From assembly GCA_019057475.1 (NCBI GenBank), contig DXJO01000052.1, forward strand, positions 1 through 64,000: a DNA stretch of 64,000 nt, given 5' to 3'. Every line of letters starts with the position of its first letter. The stretch's first letter is position 1. This DNA is from Candidatus Thorarchaeota archaeon. GTDB taxonomy: Archaea; Asgardarchaeota; Thorarchaeia; Thorarchaeales; Thorarchaeaceae. Positions 61,801 to 64,000 of this stretch are shown one piece after another. The translations under genes were made by a program, and so were the position numbers. The notes below the pieces were generated by a model. The model made no database searches. It had not been told where the DNA came from and saw only the letters and a program-made list of their open reading frames with translations.

Positions 61801-62396
61801 AGCTGCATTTCCACCTTTCCAAGATTTGATTCGCTCTCGGTCAGTTTCTTCAGAGCTCTCTCTTTCTGTTCATCGTAGGCCGAGATTCCTGCAATCTCCT
61901 CTATCAGCTTACGACGGTCATTGGGGTTGACCTTGACCATTTGTGCGATTTCACCTTGCAGGACCAGATTGTATCCATTCGGGTCCACTCCGATGCCACC
62001 CAAGACGTCCAACACAGAGGCTCTCGTGACGGTCTTATCGTTGATTTTGCACACCGACTTGCCAGAGTCATCAAGCCGCCTCGCGACAACAACTTTGTCC
62101 GCGTCAACCTGTAGGCCCCTGTCTCGGTTATTGAAGTGAAGCTCCACTACTGCAGATTTGGCTTTTGCAGGCATGCCTGGCTTCGGAGGCGAGTAAAGAA
62201 GGTCCGAGAATACGGTTGCTCGGAGTGTCTTTGCACTCAGCTGTCCAAGAACAAAGAGAAGGGCATCAACAACGTTGGATTTCCCAGATCCGTTAGGACC
62301 AACGATACATGTGAACCCTCGTCTGAACTTGATGGTGACGTTGTCTCGACCGAATGACTTGAAGCCCTTGCATACAAGCTTTTCAATCCAGACCAA
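58806..62396 (-). CDS. smc: Chromosome segregation protein SMC
   Basis: GFKSF, GPNGSGKSN, hinge GRASFIPL, MSGGEK, DEIDAALD. Confidence 0.97.
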   Translation of the reverse strand: MVWIEKLVCKGFKSFGRDNVTIKFRRGFTCIVGPNGSGKSNVVDALLFVLGQLSAKTLRATVFSDLLYSPPKPGMPAKAKSAVVELHFNNRDRGLQVDADKVVVARRLDDSGKSVCKINDKTVTRASVLDVLGGIGVDPNGYNLVLQGEIAQMVKVNPNDRRKLIEEIAGISAYDEQKERALKKLTESESNLGKVEMQLQERRRQLEKLQEERTGALRYSEVRKRIQEIHVDSLAWNMIKGKSRTQTINETLAERVEEAEKLARDLIEVEQGLEQTDAEIEEIDTLIDEITGGDSSRVSEQYGIVSAAVNHAKGEMDRKREEFEKTGEECKSLEEELGSVQNEMQGSESRMKERDGELTELDKEIKQVSGTISKLEERLESEQDSYYENTLRLQDFNNQMRLLDEGVSEIRSTIKSDSRELGIAYEELRDAEDGLTRTEKELHELNQVVPAKEAELQEAEKTEELKRAELEQVTNHLVALDAEVAESGKILAATREELVRIQARHDALKEAEDTFLKRRRAVAKILELRDSGTIDGIHGTVAELGTINPDYSVALEVAAGNRLSHIVVANENVATQCIDVLKRDRIGRASFIPLTKIRTRAPGKASKEKGVIGFALDLVTFKPEMKPAFEFVFSDTLVTENFETAKRMGFSQWRAVSLDGDLVERSGLVTGGHYQRRATGLSLQIVDTSPEVAERLKGLEAIHNDLREQQDEMHEMKIGLEKNIEDLSRSSYRAGIEVKGQRESLEGKEERVESLKNKIEVINLTIGELEAQIKELRERDDEITTQREHVRTQRDECNEALVKSDAAKLNQEIKDLKEVLEHNKRKREAISTEATKLRVSIDERLGPKAIELEKALQSLKDALPGLNDGVKRVELELAERENEFKELKSERDKINEAVKDKRVRQLEMKETLRNFRLQHEEIREGQTSNEKAVYRLQTEQSRLDIDLVALKAELENLADAEEETKKREKMRELTRREIDEMDEKIRELERELEAMGPVNLKSLTDYDAEREKYDEIVDKKTRLEEEHKEILSFMEEIEAEKTRKFLQVYNDIADNFSTVFARLSPGGEGHLMLENPEHPLMGGITVKTKPRGKDLVTLDAMSGGEKTLTGLALIFAIQMYSPSSFYVFDEIDAALDNVNAHNVASLISEMSKSSQFIVVSLRDTTVRKADLLIGVTNQDGISRVVSVDLEEVEAMA

Positions 62397-62585
62397 GACA
62401 GATTCCCATCCAACAAATGCTGTATAGCTTAACCAACTACTATGGCGTGCCCATCATTGACAATCCGAGTGCCTTCTTTTGCGTAAGTAATACCCAGATG
62501 ATACCCAGATATGCTCTGTTGGGTGGCGTGTGTATTATGTCTACTCTACAAAAAGGTAACTCTAGGGAAGACATCACTCGTTCTC

Positions 62586-62948
62586 TTACTCAAGTATCGC
62601 TAGCAATGCGCGCCTAAGCGCCATCCGGATGAGTCCCATCGACTCTCTTGCAGATTCACCTGCCAATCCAGCGAGGACAATCTTGACGTCGCCAAGGATA
62701 AGAACGAAGCCCTTCTCGGATGCAATGCTGACCTCCTTGAGGCCGCCCTTGTCCAGACCGTTGGCCAACTGAGAGGAGTTAGAAGCTATCTGAACAACCA
62801 GTTTCGCAACATCTGTAAACTTGATATCTCCAGTTATGGTGTGACCAAACAAAACCTTCCCCTTTGCGTCACAGACTATCATGCCTTGGATGTCAGCGTT
62901 TGATGCCATCGTTTCCGAAACAATTCTCTCAAGTTTGGCTTTGTCCAT
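62586..62948 (-). CDS. Roadblock/LC7 domain protein
   Basis: IQGMIVCDAKG, EVSIASEKG, MGLIRM. Confidence 0.82.
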   Translation of the reverse strand: MDKAKLERIVSETMASNADIQGMIVCDAKGKVLFGHTITGDIKFTDVAKLVVQIASNSSQLANGLDKGGLKEVSIASEKGFVLILGDVKIVLAGLAGESARESMGLIRMALRRALLAILE

Positions 62949-63074
62949 GGTTGACCATACTCCATCAAGGCAATCAGGTGTTTGCCGATTTGTGCTGTCT
63001 TGAATCGTTTATATCTTCTGTGCTATCAGACTCTATCGTATTATTATTGCAGACAGTTCTCTCACTATGGTTAT

Positions 63075-63226
63075 GTTAAGTCCTGCACCTCAGCTGCAGC
63101 GGACGAGGTGTCAACTATGAACTTGGCACAGATGAAACGCAGCTCAAAGGACCTCTTTGAGGACGAGGAATAGGTCCTTAGCTGTGATGGGGGTTGCTGC
63201 TCCTCGTCACAAGCATCCCCCTTTTT
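63075..63226 (+). ncRNA. Candidate three-hairpin structured RNA with loop-loop complementarity
   Basis: Three consecutive stems; loop GACGAGGA is complementary to loop TCCTCGTC; ends in TTTTT. Confidence 0.4.
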
Positions 63227-63262
63227 CAGAACTCCAATCCGGTATTATACGGAGTCTTATTT

Positions 63263-63541
63263 CCGTTGCCCGAAACCTGTGCAATCCTAGACATCAATGT
63301 CCTTGACTCATGTTCGGTTCCTGATTCATTGAGGTCTGCTCTGCGGATCCTACTGGATCTGCGACAAGTCTCACGTCCTCTCCACAGGCGTTTTCTGTCT
63401 CCGTCCAACTGGCGGCGACCAAATTGCATGGAGGCCCTAGCAACCAGCATCGAACATCCACAATACTTAATCCTGAGCATATGTTATAACTACCTACAAA
63501 ATGTCCAAGATTGTACAGGTTCTTGGCAGCTGTTGCATACC
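63263..63541 (-). mobile_element. Non-autonomous IS607/TnpB-derived element (omegaRNA-like scaffold), copy 2
   Basis: Near-identical to 41-319 with the same GG-bounded ends and unrelated flanks. Confidence 0.7.
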
Positions 63542-63675
63542 CTCTCCGAGAGTCTAAATGAGTGTGCAATTGCGCAAAACGTCATCATAACGCAGAGCAC
63601 ATCATCACAACTCTCAAATAGCAAACTGCGGCGTAGAGAGTGCAAAAAGGACAACTCCAGCGAGGACTCCATAGT

Positions 63676-63966
63676 TTGATAACCCAAGAGAAACTTCAAG
63701 CGATTCTTTCCAAGCTGAAAGCACAAGAAGGGTTCAGAGGGGTGGTAGTGACAACAATGGAGGGTCTCCCGCTGAGCAGTGACTTGGATGCGGCAACAAC
63801 TGAAAATGTAGCTGCAATCATAACCTCTCTCGTCGGCAAGGCATTTGATGCCGTAAGTGAGATGAAAGAGGGGACACTATCATTCCTGACTCTCGATACG
63901 TCGCAGGGTCAAATTAACATCGCACCGAACGAAGAAGAGGGTTTGATATTAGTAGTCCTCAAGTAG
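63676..63966 (+). CDS. Roadblock/LC7 domain protein
   Basis: GFRGVVVTTMEGLPLSS, VAA, LTLDTSQG; TTG start assumed. Confidence 0.85.
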   Translation: MITQEKLQAILSKLKAQEGFRGVVVTTMEGLPLSSDLDAATTENVAAIITSLVGKAFDAVSEMKEGTLSFLTLDTSQGQINIAPNEEEGLILVVLK

Positions 63967-64000
63967 AAAGAAGTGAAAGAGGGTATTAGCATGACCGATG

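Noticed and set aside
63194-63679. ORFs overlapping the repeat (161 aa plus strand, 91 aa minus strand)
   Set aside because: Frames are broken by indels in the other copy; this is vestigial TnpB tail rather than a gene.
1-64000. CRISPR array, rRNA, or selenoprotein read-through
   Set aside because: No regularly spaced repeats, rRNA-like sequence or convincing in-frame UGA at a catalytic Cys position was seen.

Overview
Archaeal chromosomal window, most consistent with an Asgard archaeon, probably Thorarchaeia. This is inferred from two roadblock/LC7 genes, a PCI-domain protein, EMC6/RAB5IF-like and Vps29-like proteins, and archaeal core genes (rps8e, proS, psmB, trm5, taw1, smc-scpA-scpB, tfrAB). 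Most of the window is housekeeping. The most notable region is a ~10 kb island (40708-50889). It holds a tightly coupled five-gene BREX-like operon: wHTH protein, small P-loop protein, 1284-aa ATPase/coiled coil, PglZ-like phosphoesterase and HerA-like ATPase. The operon has no recognisable DNA methyltransferase and instead converges on two paralogous B12-binding radical SAM enzymes, making it a candidate new DNA-modification/defence system. Other highlights are two ~279-bp copies of a GG-bounded IS607/TnpB-derived non-autonomous element that looks like an omegaRNA scaffold with different 3' flanks, two tRNAs whose non-canonical 30-nt introns share one architecture, a 1.1-kb HNH islet at tRNA-Ile(CAU), and a candidate kissing-loop ncRNA between the roadblock genes. 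All assignments are from motif recognition by eye; no searches were run.
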